64,000 nucleotides of DNA from Candidatus Marinacidobacterales bacterium. GTDB lineage: Bacteria; Acidobacteriota; Vicinamibacteria; Marinacidobacterales; DATDRI01. Of the stretch, positions 1 to 11,187 are shown piece after piece. How positions within the stretch are numbered: the stretch's first letter is position 1; each line of letters opens with the position of its first letter. The notes under the pieces were generated by a model, which worked only from the letters and a program-made list of their open reading frames with translations, made no database searches and was not told the DNA's origin. Both the position numbers and the translations under genes were made by a program. The stretch lies in contig OZ244742.1 in assembly GCA_965219415.1 (NCBI GenBank), positions 1,344,001 through 1,408,000 of the forward strand, written 5' to 3'.

Positions 1-1938
1 TCCCAAGCCGCTTGCGAACTCCTGCATTGTCCATAGGTTAAAGATATGTCGCGGAGCGAAAGGAGCTATGTTTCCTGACCGCTCAAGGGTCACGAACGGT
101 GGAATCGCGCCCGTGAACACGCTCTCCGCGAACTCAGTCAACTCGGAGTCATTGAGCGAGTAGGTGATGAATGAAAACCAAGTGCCTGACACCTGAGTGG
201 TAACCTCCACCTCGAGGCCTCGTGAGCGCTGGTTGCCGGTCTGCTGGGTGAAACCACCCGCGTCCGGGATTGCGATTTTGTCTCTCTGCAAGTTGTAGAA
301 AGCTACCGTGGCGTTGCTGCGGCCGCCGGCGAACTGCTTCTTCAACCCCGCCTCGAACTGCCACGCTTCCTCGGGCTCTCTCTCCCCGATGACGCGGCTC
401 GAGGGCGGAGCGAAGGCCTCGCTGTAACTCGCGTAAATAGAAACGCTGGGCCGCGGCATAAAGACCCCACCCAACATCGGGCTAAACGCCGTCGAGTCTC
501 TCGCCGTGTCCGTGACCACATCCTCATAATCGAGCGAGTCCCAGCGACCCCCGACGAAGAGCTCCACCTGCGGCGAAAAGGAGATGTGGTCGACGAAGTA
601 CGGCGCGAGCGTGACGTTCCGTGCGTCGGCTGCGGTGGACAGGCCCGGAATCAAAAAGACCGGCTCGACAGCCGTCTCCACGGGGTCGAAGAGATCGATG
701 GTCGGCAGAAACCCCACATCGAGCGTAAACTCGTCCGCCAACCGGCTCACCTCGAAGCCGATAAGGGCGCGGTGCTCGACCCCACCCGTCGTGAACGAGA
801 CCAGCGCCTCGAGTTGATTTCCCACCACTTTCTGCCGGTCATCCAGCAACGTAAGGTTCCGAAACACATCGACCCTACCCGCGGCGTTGGGAAACGCGCC
901 AACCAGCAACGTCCCATCGCTCTGCCAGTCCAAGTCCGTAAGATAGAATTTGTCCCGCAGCGTCACGTGCTCGTTGATCTCGGAGCTAACGTCTGCCCGC
1001 AACCGATAGATCGTCTGATCCGAGTTGTCCAGCGGAGATTGATAGGACCGCGTGCGCGGGACATCCGGCACCTCGTTGAACAATAGAGGCAGCCCGGAGT
1101 CGGGTTTATACTCGTTGCTCACATACTCGAAATTGACGGTCACGTCCGTTTTTTCATTCAATTCGAAGTAGACGACGGGATTGAGCGCGAACTGCCGGTT
1201 GTCCTTGTCATCCCGATAAAACTCGGAACTCGTATAAGCCGCGTTCACTCGCAGTGCCGCGCGACCATCCGAGCGAGAGACGTTGACGTCCGCCGTTCCT
1301 TGAAACGACTGGAACGAACCAAGACTCAGCTTCAAGTCGGCGAGGTTCTTCGCTACCGGTTGCTTGCGGATGAGGTTGACAGTTCCGGACAGAGGATTCC
1401 CACCGTAGAGAAACGCCGCTGGCCCCTTGAGCACCTCGACACGCTCGACGTTATAGAGCTGATAAAAAGTACTCTCCGGCTCGAAAGCGCCATCGGTCAT
1501 GATCAAACTTGTATCCAGAGAATCGAAGCCTCGCACGGTAAAGAAATCGAAGACCCCGAAACCGGTGGCCACGTTCACGCCACTGACGTTCTGCAACGCC
1601 TCGCCGAGGACGGTCGCGTTCTGACGCTCGAAAAGGAACCGCGGCACGACTCCAACACTGGCCGGCGTCGAGTGCCGTGAAACAGGGATCTTCGCGAAGG
1701 TGGTCTCCAACGTCGGAATCGCCTCCACGCTCCCTTCCACGAGAACACGTTCCTCGAATCGAGGCGGCTTGGTTTCCTCGGCGGACGGCTCCTTCGATTT
1801 ATCGTCGGATTTCTGCTCGACTTTTTCCTCGGATTCAGCCTGGTCGGCGAACCCCCGAACGCTCGATCCGAAGGCCGGGAACCCTCGGAGCAACAGTAAG
1901 ATGATGACACCCAACCATCGGGCACGAATTACGTTCAT
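1..1938 (-). CDS. TonB-dependent receptor (3' end runs off the window)
   Basis: Minus-strand reading from ATG 1938 ([16 protein letters not shown], signal-like). Plug motifs (LQNVSGV, TVRGF, VERVEVLKGP) and late barrel strands (YASYSEAF, QFEAGLK, QRSRGLEVE) read manually. Absent from the ORF track because no stop lies in the window. Confidence 0.9.
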   Translation of the reverse strand, partial: MNVIRARWLGVIILLLLRGFPAFGSSVRGFADQAESEEKVEQKSDDKSKEPSAEETKPPRFEERVLVEGSVEAIPTLETTFAKIPVSRHSTPASVGVVPRFLFERQNATVLGEALQNVSGVNVATGFGVFDFFTVRGFDSLDTSLIMTDGAFEPESTFYQLYNVERVEVLKGPAAFLYGGNPLSGTVNLIRKQPVAKNLADLKLSLGSFQSFQGTADVNVSRSDGRAALRVNAAYTSSEFYRDDKDNRQFALNPVVYFELNEKTDVTVNFEYVSNEYKPDSGLPLLFNEVPDVPRTRSYQSPLDNSDQTIYRLRADVSSEINEHVTLRDKFYLTDLDWQSDGTLLVGAFPNAAGRVDVFRNLTLLDDRQKVVGNQLEALVSFTTGGVEHRALIGFEVSRLADEFTLDVGFLPTIDLFDPVETAVEPVFLIPGLSTAADARNVTLAPYFVDHISFSPQVELFVGGRWDSLDYEDVVTDTARDSTAFSPMLGGVFMPRPSVSIYASYSEAFAPPSSRVIGEREPEEAWQFEAGLKKQFAGGRSNATVAFYNLQRDKIAIPDAGGFTQQTGNQRSRGLEVEVTTQVSGTWFSFITYSLNDSELTEFAESVFTGAIPPFVTLERSGNIAPFAPRHIFNLWTMQEFASGLG

Positions 1939-2893
1939 CGTTTCCTTAAGCCTTTCTCGAGGAGGCCGGCTCACCACCGAACCAAGAGCCCGTATTATAG
2001 CCCGCCCCGACCAACCACCCTCAGAGCCCCCTGGCAGCTCGGAAGCGAGGTCAATACAATAGGAATCGAGGTCATGAAGAAACACAAACCGGAAGATGCT
2101 CGCGTCGGCACCTCTCCACCCTCGCTCGACTTCATCCGAACCAAGATCGCCGAGGATCTGAGGCCTCGACACGCTCGACGTTATAGAGCTGATAAAAAGT
2201 ACTCTCCGGCTCGAAAGCGCCATCGGTCATGATCAAACTTGTATCCAGAGAATCGAAGCCTCGCACGGTAAAGAAATCGAAGACCCCGAAACCGGTGGCC
2301 ACGTTCACGCCACTGACGTTCTGCAACGCCTCGCCGAGGACGGTCGCGTTCTGACGCTCGAAAAGGAACCGCGGCACGACTCCAACACTGGCCGGCGTCG
2401 AGTGCCGTGAAACAGGGATCTTCGCGAAGGTGGTCTCCAACGTCGGAATCGCCTCCACGCTCCCTTCCACGAGAACACGTTCCTCGAATCGAGGCGGCTT
2501 GGTTTCCTCGGCGGACGGCTCCTTCGATTTATCGTCGGATTTCTGCTCGACTTTTTCCTCGGATTCAGCCTGGTCGGCGAACCCCCGAACGCTCGATCCG
2601 AAGGCCGGGAACCCTCGGAGCAACAGTAAGATGATGACACCCAACCATCGGGCACGAATTACGTTCATCGTTTCCTTAAGCCTTTCTCGAGGAGGCCGGC
2701 TCACCACCGAACCAAGAGCCCGTATTATAGCCCGCCCCGACCAACCACCCTCAGAGCCCCCTGGCAGCTCGGAAGCGAGGTCAATACAATAGGAATCGAG
2801 GTCATGAAGAAACACAAACCGGAAGATGCTCGCGTCGGCACCTCTCCACCCTCGCTCGACTTCATCCGAACCAAGATCGCTGAGGATCTGAGG
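1434..2893. repeat. 730-bp tandem duplication (1434-2163 / 2164-2893)
   Basis: Two adjacent copies with offset 730; one mismatch seen (2151 c vs 2881 t). The unit spans the receptor 5' end, the divergent intergenic region and the glnS 5' end. Confidence 0.95.
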
Positions 2894-4528
2894 GCCGGCA
2901 AGAACGGCGGGCGAGTGGTGACGCGATTCCCTCCCGAGCCCAACGGTTACCTGCACATCGGCCATGCCAAATCCATCTGCCTCAACTTTGGCGTCGCCGC
3001 AGAGAACGAAGGCGTCTGTAACTTGCGTTACGACGATACGAATCCGGCAAAGGAAGACGTCGAGTACGTGGACTCGATCAAAGAAGACGTGCGCTGGCTC
3101 GGCTTCGACTGGGGAGATCGGGAATTCTATGCTTCCGATTACTTCGATCGACTCTACGATTACGCCGTACGGCTCGTCAAAGACGGAAAGGCCTACGTCG
3201 ACAGTCTGGGGGCCGACGAGATACGACAATACCGAGGCACCTTGACCGAACCGGGCAAGGACAGCCCCTACCGCAACCGCTCGGTCGAAGAGAACCTAGA
3301 CCTGTTCGAGCGCATGAAGGCCGGGGAGTTCCAAGACGGAACGCACGTGCTGCGCGCCAAGATCGATATGACATCGGGCAACATCAACATGCGCGACCCG
3401 ACGCTCTACCGGATCCGCCGCGTGCCGCACCACCGCACCGGCGACGAATGGTTGATTTACCCGATGTACGACTTCACGCACGCGCTGTCGGACTCCATCG
3501 AAGGCGTCACGCACTCGCTCTGCACGCTGGAGTTCGAAGACCACCGGCCTTTGTACGATTGGACGCTCGACGAAACCAACGTCGAATGCCACCCACAGCA
3601 GATCGAGTTCGCGCGACTCAACCTCAGCTACACGATCATGAGTAAGCGGAAACTCTTGGCGCTCGTGGAGGGAGGCTTCGTCTCGGGCTGGGACGATCCC
3701 CGCCTCCCCACCATCGGCGGACTCCGGAGACGTGGCTACACGCCGGAGTCCATCCGAGATTTTTGCACCCGTATCGGCGTGGCGAAGAAGAGCAGCGTCG
3801 TGGACATGGCGCAGCTCGAGCACGCCGTGAGGGAGGACCTGAACAAGCGCGCACCGCGAGTGATGGCAGTGCTCCGCCCACTTCGAATCGTGCTCGAGAA
3901 TTATCCGGAAGATCAAGTCGAAGAGATGGACGCGGTCAACAACCCGGAAGACCCCGAGGTGGGCACCAGAAAGATTCCCTTTTCACGCGTGCTCTACATC
4001 GAGCGTGAGGATTTCAAAGAAGACCCGCCGAAAAAGTTCTTCAGGCTGGCACCCGGTCGCGAGGTCCGCCTACGCTACGCGTATCTCATCACTTGCCAAA
4101 GTGCAGTTAAAGATGAGAGCGGGGAAATCGTCGAGCTTCGTTGCACCTATGACCCGGAAACGCGCGGAGGCTCGGCGCCCGACGGACGGCGGGTGAAAGG
4201 CACGCTTCATTGGGTCTCGGCGGCTCACGCGATCCCCGCGGAAGTCCGCCTCTACGATCGCCTCTTCACCGTAGAAGATCCGGGCGACGTCGAAGAAGGC
4301 GAAGACTACAAGTCCTCTCTAAATCCAAAATCTCTCGAGATCCTTACCGGCTGCCAGGTCGAACCTAGCCTAGCGAACGCCAAACCAGGATACCGATGTC
4401 AGTTCGAGCGACAGGGCTACTTTTCCGTCGACCCCGACTCCTCGAACAACTCCCCGGTCTTCAACCGAACGGTGAGCCTCAGGGACAGCTGGGCGAAGAT
4501 CGAAAAAGCACAAAAGACGAAGCGCTAG
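2804..4528 (+). CDS. glnS: Glutamine--tRNA ligase
   Basis: [21 protein letters not shown] and C-terminal QFERQGYF...FNRTVSLRD motifs. Confidence 0.97.
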   Translation: MKKHKPEDARVGTSPPSLDFIRTKIAEDLRAGKNGGRVVTRFPPEPNGYLHIGHAKSICLNFGVAAENEGVCNLRYDDTNPAKEDVEYVDSIKEDVRWLGFDWGDREFYASDYFDRLYDYAVRLVKDGKAYVDSLGADEIRQYRGTLTEPGKDSPYRNRSVEENLDLFERMKAGEFQDGTHVLRAKIDMTSGNINMRDPTLYRIRRVPHHRTGDEWLIYPMYDFTHALSDSIEGVTHSLCTLEFEDHRPLYDWTLDETNVECHPQQIEFARLNLSYTIMSKRKLLALVEGGFVSGWDDPRLPTIGGLRRRGYTPESIRDFCTRIGVAKKSSVVDMAQLEHAVREDLNKRAPRVMAVLRPLRIVLENYPEDQVEEMDAVNNPEDPEVGTRKIPFSRVLYIEREDFKEDPPKKFFRLAPGREVRLRYAYLITCQSAVKDESGEIVELRCTYDPETRGGSAPDGRRVKGTLHWVSAAHAIPAEVRLYDRLFTVEDPGDVEEGEDYKSSLNPKSLEILTGCQVEPSLANAKPGYRCQFERQGYFSVDPDSSNNSPVFNRTVSLRDSWAKIEKAQKTKR

Positions 4529-6033
4529 CCCTGACCTCCGTAGCTAGCCGCATATTCCCTTTCCAACGCTTTCATCTTCTTGGAAGAGATCCCCCCGAGC
4601 GAATCAATCGCTCGCCGGAGCCGCATCCGAACAATGTCCAGCCCCAGAATCTCCATAGACTGAAAGAGTGGTGTTGAGGCCTTGGCGCCCGTGACCGCCA
4701 CATAAAAGGGCCGCGACAAATCACGAAGAGAAACCTCGAGCCGCTCCGAGAGTTCACGGAAAACTTCCCCGATAGCGTCGCCCGTGAAGGTCTTCTCCTG
4801 CTCCAGCCGCCACGTTGCGGTCTGTAGAATTTCCTTCAACTCGTCGGGCGTCTTGCCTTTCAGCTCAAGAGCATTGGCCTCGTATGGCACCGCGTCGGAG
4901 AAGAAAAAAGCGGTCAGGTATCCCCAATCGGAAAGCGTTTCCATCCGTGGCCGAGCCAACGGGATGATCCGGTCGAGCGAGTCCTCACCCAGACCCCAAT
5001 TCTGGAGAGCCGTACGAAGCGAGGCGGCGTCATAGTCTTCCCGGATATACCGGCCGTTCAGCCACCGAAGTTTCTCCACGTCGAAAACAGGGCCGCCGAG
5101 CGTAATGGCATCGAGCCGAAAATTGTCGATCATCTTCTCGGTCGTGAACTTCTCCTCGCCATCGGGAGGCCACCAACCCATCAGCCCCATGAAGTTCCGC
5201 AACGCCTCGGGAAGAAAACCGGCGCGGCGAAAATAATTGATCGACGTCGGGTTCTTTCGTTTCGAGAGCTTCGGCTTGTTCTTGTCGTTGTTCCGCAGAA
5301 GCGGCAGGTGGCAAAAAACGGGCGACTCCCAGTTGAAATACTCGTAGAGCTTCAGGTGCTTGGGCACCGAGTTGATCCATTCCTCGCCGCGGATCACATG
5401 GCTCACCGCCATCAAATGGTCGTCGACGACGTTGGCCAGATGATAAGTCGGGAACCCGTCCGATTTAAGGATGACCTGGTCGTCCACCGTCTGCCAATCC
5501 TTTCGGATCTCCCCACGAAGCAAGTCCTGCATGACGCACTCGCCTTCCGTCGGCACCTTCATCCGTACGACGAAAGGCTCCCCGGCATCGGCGCGCCGAG
5601 CCGATTCCTCCGGCGAAATTTCTCGGCAGGTGCGGTCGTAGCCAGGAAAGAGTTTCTTGTCCCGATTGTCGGCGCGCATCTTGTCGAGCCGTTCCCTGGT
5701 GCAGAAACAACGATATGCGTTTCCGGCCTCGAGCAACGGATCGACGTGCTTACGATAGGTCTCCGTCCGTTCACTTTGCCGATATGGACCGTGAGGACCG
5801 CCGATATCCGGCCCTTCATCCCACTGGAGGTCGAGCCATTTCAGCGATGCGAGTATCGCGTCCTCGGACTCCTGGGTGGAACGGGCTCGATCGGTATCCT
5901 CGATGCGCAAGATGAACTTGCCGCCCTGCTGCTTGGCAAAGACGTAGTTGAAGAGCGCTTGGTAAGCGGTACCGACATGTGGATCGCCGGTCGGTGACGG
6001 TGCGACTCGTACTCGAACCGGGCGCTCGGTCAT
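4525..6033 (-). CDS. gltX: Glutamate--tRNA ligase
   Basis: [44 protein letters not shown]. Start placed at ATG 6033. Confidence 0.95.
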   Translation of the reverse strand: MTERPVRVRVAPSPTGDPHVGTAYQALFNYVFAKQQGGKFILRIEDTDRARSTQESEDAILASLKWLDLQWDEGPDIGGPHGPYRQSERTETYRKHVDPLLEAGNAYRCFCTRERLDKMRADNRDKKLFPGYDRTCREISPEESARRADAGEPFVVRMKVPTEGECVMQDLLRGEIRKDWQTVDDQVILKSDGFPTYHLANVVDDHLMAVSHVIRGEEWINSVPKHLKLYEYFNWESPVFCHLPLLRNNDKNKPKLSKRKNPTSINYFRRAGFLPEALRNFMGLMGWWPPDGEEKFTTEKMIDNFRLDAITLGGPVFDVEKLRWLNGRYIREDYDAASLRTALQNWGLGEDSLDRIIPLARPRMETLSDWGYLTAFFFSDAVPYEANALELKGKTPDELKEILQTATWRLEQEKTFTGDAIGEVFRELSERLEVSLRDLSRPFYVAVTGAKASTPLFQSMEILGLDIVRMRLRRAIDSLGGISSKKMKALEREYAASYGGQG

Positions 6034-6091
6034 GAGGCCACATTGTAGCCCAGCCGACGCTTTGGGTTCTGGTGCACCAAGGGGTTCGGTA

Positions 6092-7382
6092 CTACTCGGA
6101 AAGCTTGACGACCTTGCCACCCAACATCACGAAGCTCACATCGTGCAGTGTGGAGATGTCCTGCAAGGGATCGCCCGGCACCGCCACGAGATCCGCCAGC
6201 TTACCGACCTCTATCGTGCCCAAGCGGTCGTCCCATCTCAGGAGCTCCGCACCTACTCGAGTCCCCGCCTGTATGGCCTGCATCGGCGTCATTCCCGCGT
6301 CGACCAGCGCGGAAAACTCCCGCGTGCTGACACTGTTGGCATAACCACCAAAGTCTGAGCTCACGACAACCTTGACGCCCCGGCGGATCGCCTTCCCGAC
6401 ACCCGCGACGAACTCCACATGGTACTTCTTGCTCAGCTCGACCATTTTCCGCAAATCCACCGAGCCCGATCCCTCCTCGATGAAGTACTCGCCCACGTAA
6501 ATCGTCGGAACAAGATACACCCCGTTCGCCAACATGAGATCGATGGCCTCGTCATCGATGAACGTTCCGTGCTCGATCGAACGAACGCCGGCCCGGATCG
6601 CCAGCTTGATCCCCTCCGCCGCATGAGCGTGTGCCATTACCGGAACGTTGCGACGGTGTGCCTCCTCGACCGCAGCACGAAGCTCCTCCGGACTGAAGTG
6701 CACGTTAGCAGGGTCGTCTCCGACCGACATGAAGGCACCCGTCACGAGTAGCTTGATCCAGTCGCTACCGTTCTTGATTTCTTCGCGGACCGCCTTACGC
6801 ATCTGATCGGGCCCGTCGACCACCAGTCCGTCGGCAATCACAGACTGCTCGGGAGACATGAAGTTGACATCCCCCCCGCCGCCGGTGACCGAGATGTAGT
6901 GGCCGGCGCCCGTGATACGGGGGCCTACGAAGCGTCCCTCCTAGATGGCACGGCGAATTTCCAAATGCGCGTAATAGACATCGGCGTCGCCGGCTATACG
7001 AAGGCTCGTCCAACCTTTTTTGAGCTCTCGCTGCACGGCCTGGAGACCGATGAGAGCCTTGTAGGCGGAGGACCAGCGCATGTGATCCGTTTGGTAACCG
7101 TCTCGCTGAATGAGTGGATGAAAATGTGCGTCGATGAAGCCAGGCATCCAACGTTGCCGCGCCTAGATCGATGACCGCGGTCCCCGCCGGGATCACATCC
7201 GGACCGCCGACCTCGATGATGCGGTCGCCCTCTATCAAAACCCCTGCGTTCTTGATCGGCTGATCGCTCTTGCCATCGATCAGTTGACCACATAGAAGAC
7301 CCGTGCGTTTCTCTCCCGCCACGGCTAACCCGAAACTGGTTGCCAGCAGGAGAATCGCTATGGTTGTTGAACGGTTAACCAT
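6092..7382 (-). pseudogene. Secreted metal-dependent amidohydrolase (Xaa-Pro dipeptidase-like); frameshift near 7150 and in-frame TAG at 6941-6943
   Basis: Signal peptide, MPGFIDAHFH, DWIK, AHAH, SIEHG and GKLADLVAV spread over three ORF pieces. Confidence 0.85.
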
Positions 7383-7465
7383 GACCCACGCCCCCCTTGG
7401 CAAGGTTGTATTACAGATCGCTCCTTTGCCGCCACTCACCGCGGAAAATTTGCTATAACGCGAGA

Positions 7466-8430
7466 GTGAGTCAGCTCTCGTTATTCGGCGAAGCAGATAC
7501 ACCGCCCCGCGTGCGCGGTGTCGCTCCCTCCCCCGCTCACCACGCGCTCGCCCGGAAGCTACCCGAGAACGTCTATCTCGGTTGCTCGTCTTGGTCCTTC
7601 CCGGGCTGGGAGGGTTTGGTCTACGAAGGTCAGAGGACGAAGACGGATCTGGCGCGACACGGACTCGCCGCCTATGCCGCCCATCCCCTGCTCACGAGTG
7701 TGGGGACCGATCGAACCTTACTACGCGCCGCTGTCCGCCGCCGAGTTCGCCGACTACCGCGAAGCGGTTCCGGAAGCGTTCCGCTTCCTCGTTAAGGCTC
7801 ACCAACTTTGCACGATGGCCACCTTCAAGTCTCCGACCGGCCAATCGACCGAGAATCCTTCCTTTCTCGATTCCAGTTATGCGCAGGACGAAGTCGTCAG
7901 CCCGTACGCCGAGGGACTGAAGCAGAAGGCCGGCGTTCTGGTTTTCCAGTTTCCTCCTCAGTCGATTGCCGCCATGGGCGGGCGCGATGGGTTCGCTGAA
8001 AGGCTTCACACCTTTCTTGAGGGTCTGCCTTCCGGGCTCTCTTACGCGACCGAGGTCCGCAACCCGGAGCTCCTGACACCACGTTATTTCGAGGCGCTTT
8101 CGGGATCGGAACGCTAGCCACTGCCACAACGTACACCCCACGATGCCGACGCTCGGGGAGCAACGGCGAATCGCCGAATCCTCTCGAGGCCCGGCGGTCG
8201 TGGTGCGTTGGATGTTGCGACGAAATCGCGACTACGAGACGGCCGGGGAAGAGTTCGCCCCCTTCAACCGTCTGGTGGACGAAGACGCGACATCTCGGCG
8301 ACAGGTGGCCGATGCGATTCGAGCCGCTCCCCCGCGGCAGCCGGTGTTCGTCATCGTCAACAACAAGGCCGAAGGCTCGGCTCCGTTAACCGTATTCCGG
8401 CTCGCAGAGTATCTCGCCGGATCGCAGTGA
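7466..8430 (+). CDS. DUF72 family protein (two frameshifts, near 7718 and 8110)
   Basis: LGCSSWSFPGW, FRFLVKA, FQFPP, EVRN and VNNKAEG motifs across three ORFs. Confidence 0.8.
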
Positions 8431-8580
8431 TTTGCGTCACAGAGCCCTTTCCAGCATCCGTCCTATCCTAGCCACCCTCGGTCGACGCCGGCCCGGGGTG
8501 GAGCCAGTTCTCGGCTCTGTGATATGTTCTGAGCGCGCCCGTTTCGAGGTTGGGAGCATACGCCACTTGGAGAGGCACCC

Positions 8581-8784
8581 ATGGCTGCTCACTGTACCTG
8601 GTGCGACCGCGAGGTTCTCCCGAGCGAGGGGAGCCCCAGCGCAGAGCGCGAGGGGCTATGTCTAGACTGCACTCTTAATTTCATTAGTGGTCAACCCTCG
8701 GAGAGAAGACGCGGAGAGCGCCGCCGGTACTCCGCCAAGCCAAACAGCGAACGACGCAGCGTAAGCGAGCGCCGACGCGGCTAG
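8581..8784 (+). CDS. Small protein with CxxC...CxxC and ERR repeats
   Basis: GGAGAGG upstream of ATG; CTWC and CLDC pairs; ERRRGERRR...ERRSVSERRR tail. Confidence 0.55.
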   Translation: MAAHCTWCDREVLPSEGSPSAEREGLCLDCTLNFISGQPSERRRGERRRYSAKPNSERRSVSERRRG

Positions 8785-8923
8785 CTTGCTGGAGAGTCCG
8801 GTCGTCATTCTCCCGCTCGGAGTGTACCTACTCTCAAAGCCCCACTCGGTCTGATATAGTTCTGACCTCGCTTGACCGGGGCCCCCGGTGTTGTTGGACT
8901 GGACGCTCGGGCCCACTGAAACG

Positions 8924-9772
8924 ATGACCGAAACCGAACAAGTCAAGGCGCTCGGTTTGAAGGCCGGGGCGTTGGTCGTCGGCGTCGCCGCCGCCGACGC
9001 CTTCAACGAGTACGTTCCCGAAGGGCATCGGCCTGCCGACATTCTGCCGGGTGCCGCGTCCGTCCTCGTCGCAGGCAACCAAGGGCCAACCGCCGGGGGG
9101 TGGAGATCTTCGGATCATCGAGTCATGGAAATCACCGGCTACGACTTCCGGGAGAACGTCGCGGTCCACATCATGGCCGATTTCATTGAGCGTGAGCACG
9201 GCTATCAAGCCATTCAGGCCCCTTCGCTCCCAACCGCTGGGCACAAGCCGCCAATGAGCATGATGCTGTCCGCGGTATTGGCAGGCTTGGGGACCCGTTC
9301 TCTGGCCGCCAACATCATCCTTCACCCCGAGTACGGGCTGCTCTACTACGCCGCCCTTATTACGACCATGCGCCTCACACCTGATCACCGGCTGGAAAAG
9401 GACGTTTGTCCATCTCCGCCCTGCATCCAGATGTACGAGAAGCTGGGTACGACACCCTGCATCGCCGCGTGTCCGGCGTCCGACGAGGGGTGCCTCGATG
9501 GCGAGATCGACAAGGAAGGTCGCATTTCTTATTCCTACTACGATCGTGAACGATGCACGTCCCGCGCTATGAACTTCGGGGTGGGCGGTCTCCAGAAGGC
9601 TCTCGTTCAAATCGTGACCGAGGACGATCGGGAAAAAAGGAAGTCCATGATTCACTCCGACTTCTTCACTCAGTCCCTGTCCTCACTTGGCTTTTATAAA
9701 GAGAGCGTTGCTCAGTGCTTCGAATGCATGCGGGTTTGTCCCGTCGGACAGCCGCACCGGAAACTCAGTTGA
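8924..9772 (+). CDS. QueG/reductive-dehalogenase-like 4Fe-4S (probable cobalamin) protein, paralog A
   Basis: GALVVGVA, P.D.LPGA.SV, AVLAGLG, HPEYG, CIAACP and CFECMRVCP. Confidence 0.75.
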   Translation: MTETEQVKALGLKAGALVVGVAAADAFNEYVPEGHRPADILPGAASVLVAGNQGPTAGGWRSSDHRVMEITGYDFRENVAVHIMADFIEREHGYQAIQAPSLPTAGHKPPMSMMLSAVLAGLGTRSLAANIILHPEYGLLYYAALITTMRLTPDHRLEKDVCPSPPCIQMYEKLGTTPCIAACPASDEGCLDGEIDKEGRISYSYYDRERCTSRAMNFGVGGLQKALVQIVTEDDREKRKSMIHSDFFTQSLSSLGFYKESVAQCFECMRVCPVGQPHRKLS

Positions 9773-10644
9773 AGGCTGCCGACAAGCCGGACGTTACTGA
9801 CGTAGACGTCGTGAAGCAAGAGCTCGCCACGTTCGCGCAGAAGAACGGCGCTCTCGTATTCGGTGTCGCGGCTATCGACGGTTTCGAAGATGCTCCGGAG
9901 GGTTTTCGCCCCTCCGACCTGCTTCCCGGTGCCCAGAGCGTCGTGGTGGTCGGAGGTAACCCACCCCGGGCCGGCGATTGGGTGAGCCCTCTCGTCGAGC
10001 TCCAAGAAACGATGGGCACTAGTGAACGCACGAACGCGCTGGGGTTGAAGATCGCGAAGTTCATCGAGGCCCGCTACGGCTACTACGCCTTGTTCGTGCC
10101 CCCGGGACTGAACAAAGGAAACCGCCCTTTCTTGAGCGTCATGTTGGCGGCTGAGCTAGCCGGCTGCGGCTCGCGAAGTCTGGCGGGCCCGATTCTGAAC
10201 ACTCAATACGGCATGCTCTTCTATTCCGCCATCATCACAACGTTGCCACTTCCCGCCGACGGTCGGCTCGAAGCGCCCGCCTGCCCCGCACCGGAGTGCC
10301 TCGAGATGTGGCAAGAGAAGGCGACAACCCCTTGTCTCGATGTGTGTCCCATCGACCAGGGGGGTTGCCTGGGAGGTAAGTTGGTCGATGGCAAGTTCCA
10401 GGCCCGCCGGTATGACCGCGCCCGCTGCACGTCCCGCGTTCATACTCATTGGATGCCGGGTTTCCAGAAGGCTCTGGAGGCGGCGCTCAACGAAGACGAT
10501 AAAGACAAGCGCAAGATGATCCTCTACAGCAGTTTTTTCACCCGCTCGCTGTGGTCGCTCACCTACTCGGCGCAGAGCCAAGGTCAGTGCTACGAGTGTA
10601 TCCGCGTCTGTCCGGTGGGCAAGGAATACCGGACAAAGAAGTAG
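9769..10644 (+). CDS. QueG/reductive-dehalogenase-like 4Fe-4S protein, paralog B
   Basis: TTG start overlaps the stop of paralog A. Same motifs: GALVFGVA, PSDLLPGAQSV, AELAGCG, CLDVCP, CYECIRVCP. Confidence 0.75.
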   Translation: MKAADKPDVTDVDVVKQELATFAQKNGALVFGVAAIDGFEDAPEGFRPSDLLPGAQSVVVVGGNPPRAGDWVSPLVELQETMGTSERTNALGLKIAKFIEARYGYYALFVPPGLNKGNRPFLSVMLAAELAGCGSRSLAGPILNTQYGMLFYSAIITTLPLPADGRLEAPACPAPECLEMWQEKATTPCLDVCPIDQGGCLGGKLVDGKFQARRYDRARCTSRVHTHWMPGFQKALEAALNEDDKDKRKMILYSSFFTRSLWSLTYSAQSQGQCYECIRVCPVGKEYRTKK

Positions 10645-10684
10645 GAACTAGGAAGTAGGGAGATAGGAAGGATAGGAGGCTGCC

Positions 10685-10999
10685 GTGGGGTTCTTCTTCG
10701 TCGATCCGGAAACATACAAACGGTACAAGGACGAGATTCTCCGGCTGAGCGACTCATTCCAGATCAACATTCAGGAGCATCTCCCTGCCGAGACCCGTCG
10801 AAGGGGGCTATCCGACAAGGAGATCGCGGCCAAGCTCGACCTCGACGAGCGAGTCGTTCGAGAGGTGAGGGTCGTCGCCGAGCGCGACTACTACGATCTC
10901 GACGAATGGGAAAAGGCCATCGAGTTCAAGGATAAGGCATGCCGTGCCTTCTCCAAACACGGCCTGTCATACGTTTTCAAGAAGAAAAAGTCGAGCTGA
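10685..10999 (+). CDS. Hypothetical protein with HTH-like segment
   Basis: Strong AGGAGG RBS; GLSDKEIAAKLDLDERVVR resembles an HTH. Confidence 0.7.
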   Translation: MGFFFVDPETYKRYKDEILRLSDSFQINIQEHLPAETRRRGLSDKEIAAKLDLDERVVREVRVVAERDYYDLDEWEKAIEFKDKACRAFSKHGLSYVFKKKKSS

Positions 11000-11092
11000 G
11001 TCCGCCGTAGCTCCATCCAGGTGTGGGGTTCTGCGCCCGCGCCGAGGGGGAAACCCAACGCCCGATCCTGGGCAATCCTCGATCACTATCTC

Positions 11093-11146
11093 TATCAACA
11101 AGTTAAATATGGGGCCGTCTGCCAAGGTTCGGCACGAGTCTTGCTA
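11093..11146 (+). promoter_or_regulatory. sigma54 promoter with IHF site
   Basis: TATCAACAAGTTA (11093-11105) matches WATCAANNNNTTR. CGGCACGAGTCTTGCT (11130-11145) matches the -24/-12 consensus. Confidence 0.75.
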
Positions 11147-11187
11147 TTTTCGCAGGAGGGATCCGAATCCACGGAGAAAAGCCGGAA

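Noticed and set aside
2132-3229. 365-aa minus-strand ORF
   Set aside because: It is antisense glnS fused to the duplicated receptor stub.
6941-6943. TAG reassignment or pyrrolysine
   Set aside because: glnS, gltX and many other genes end normally at TAG, and no pyl genes are seen.
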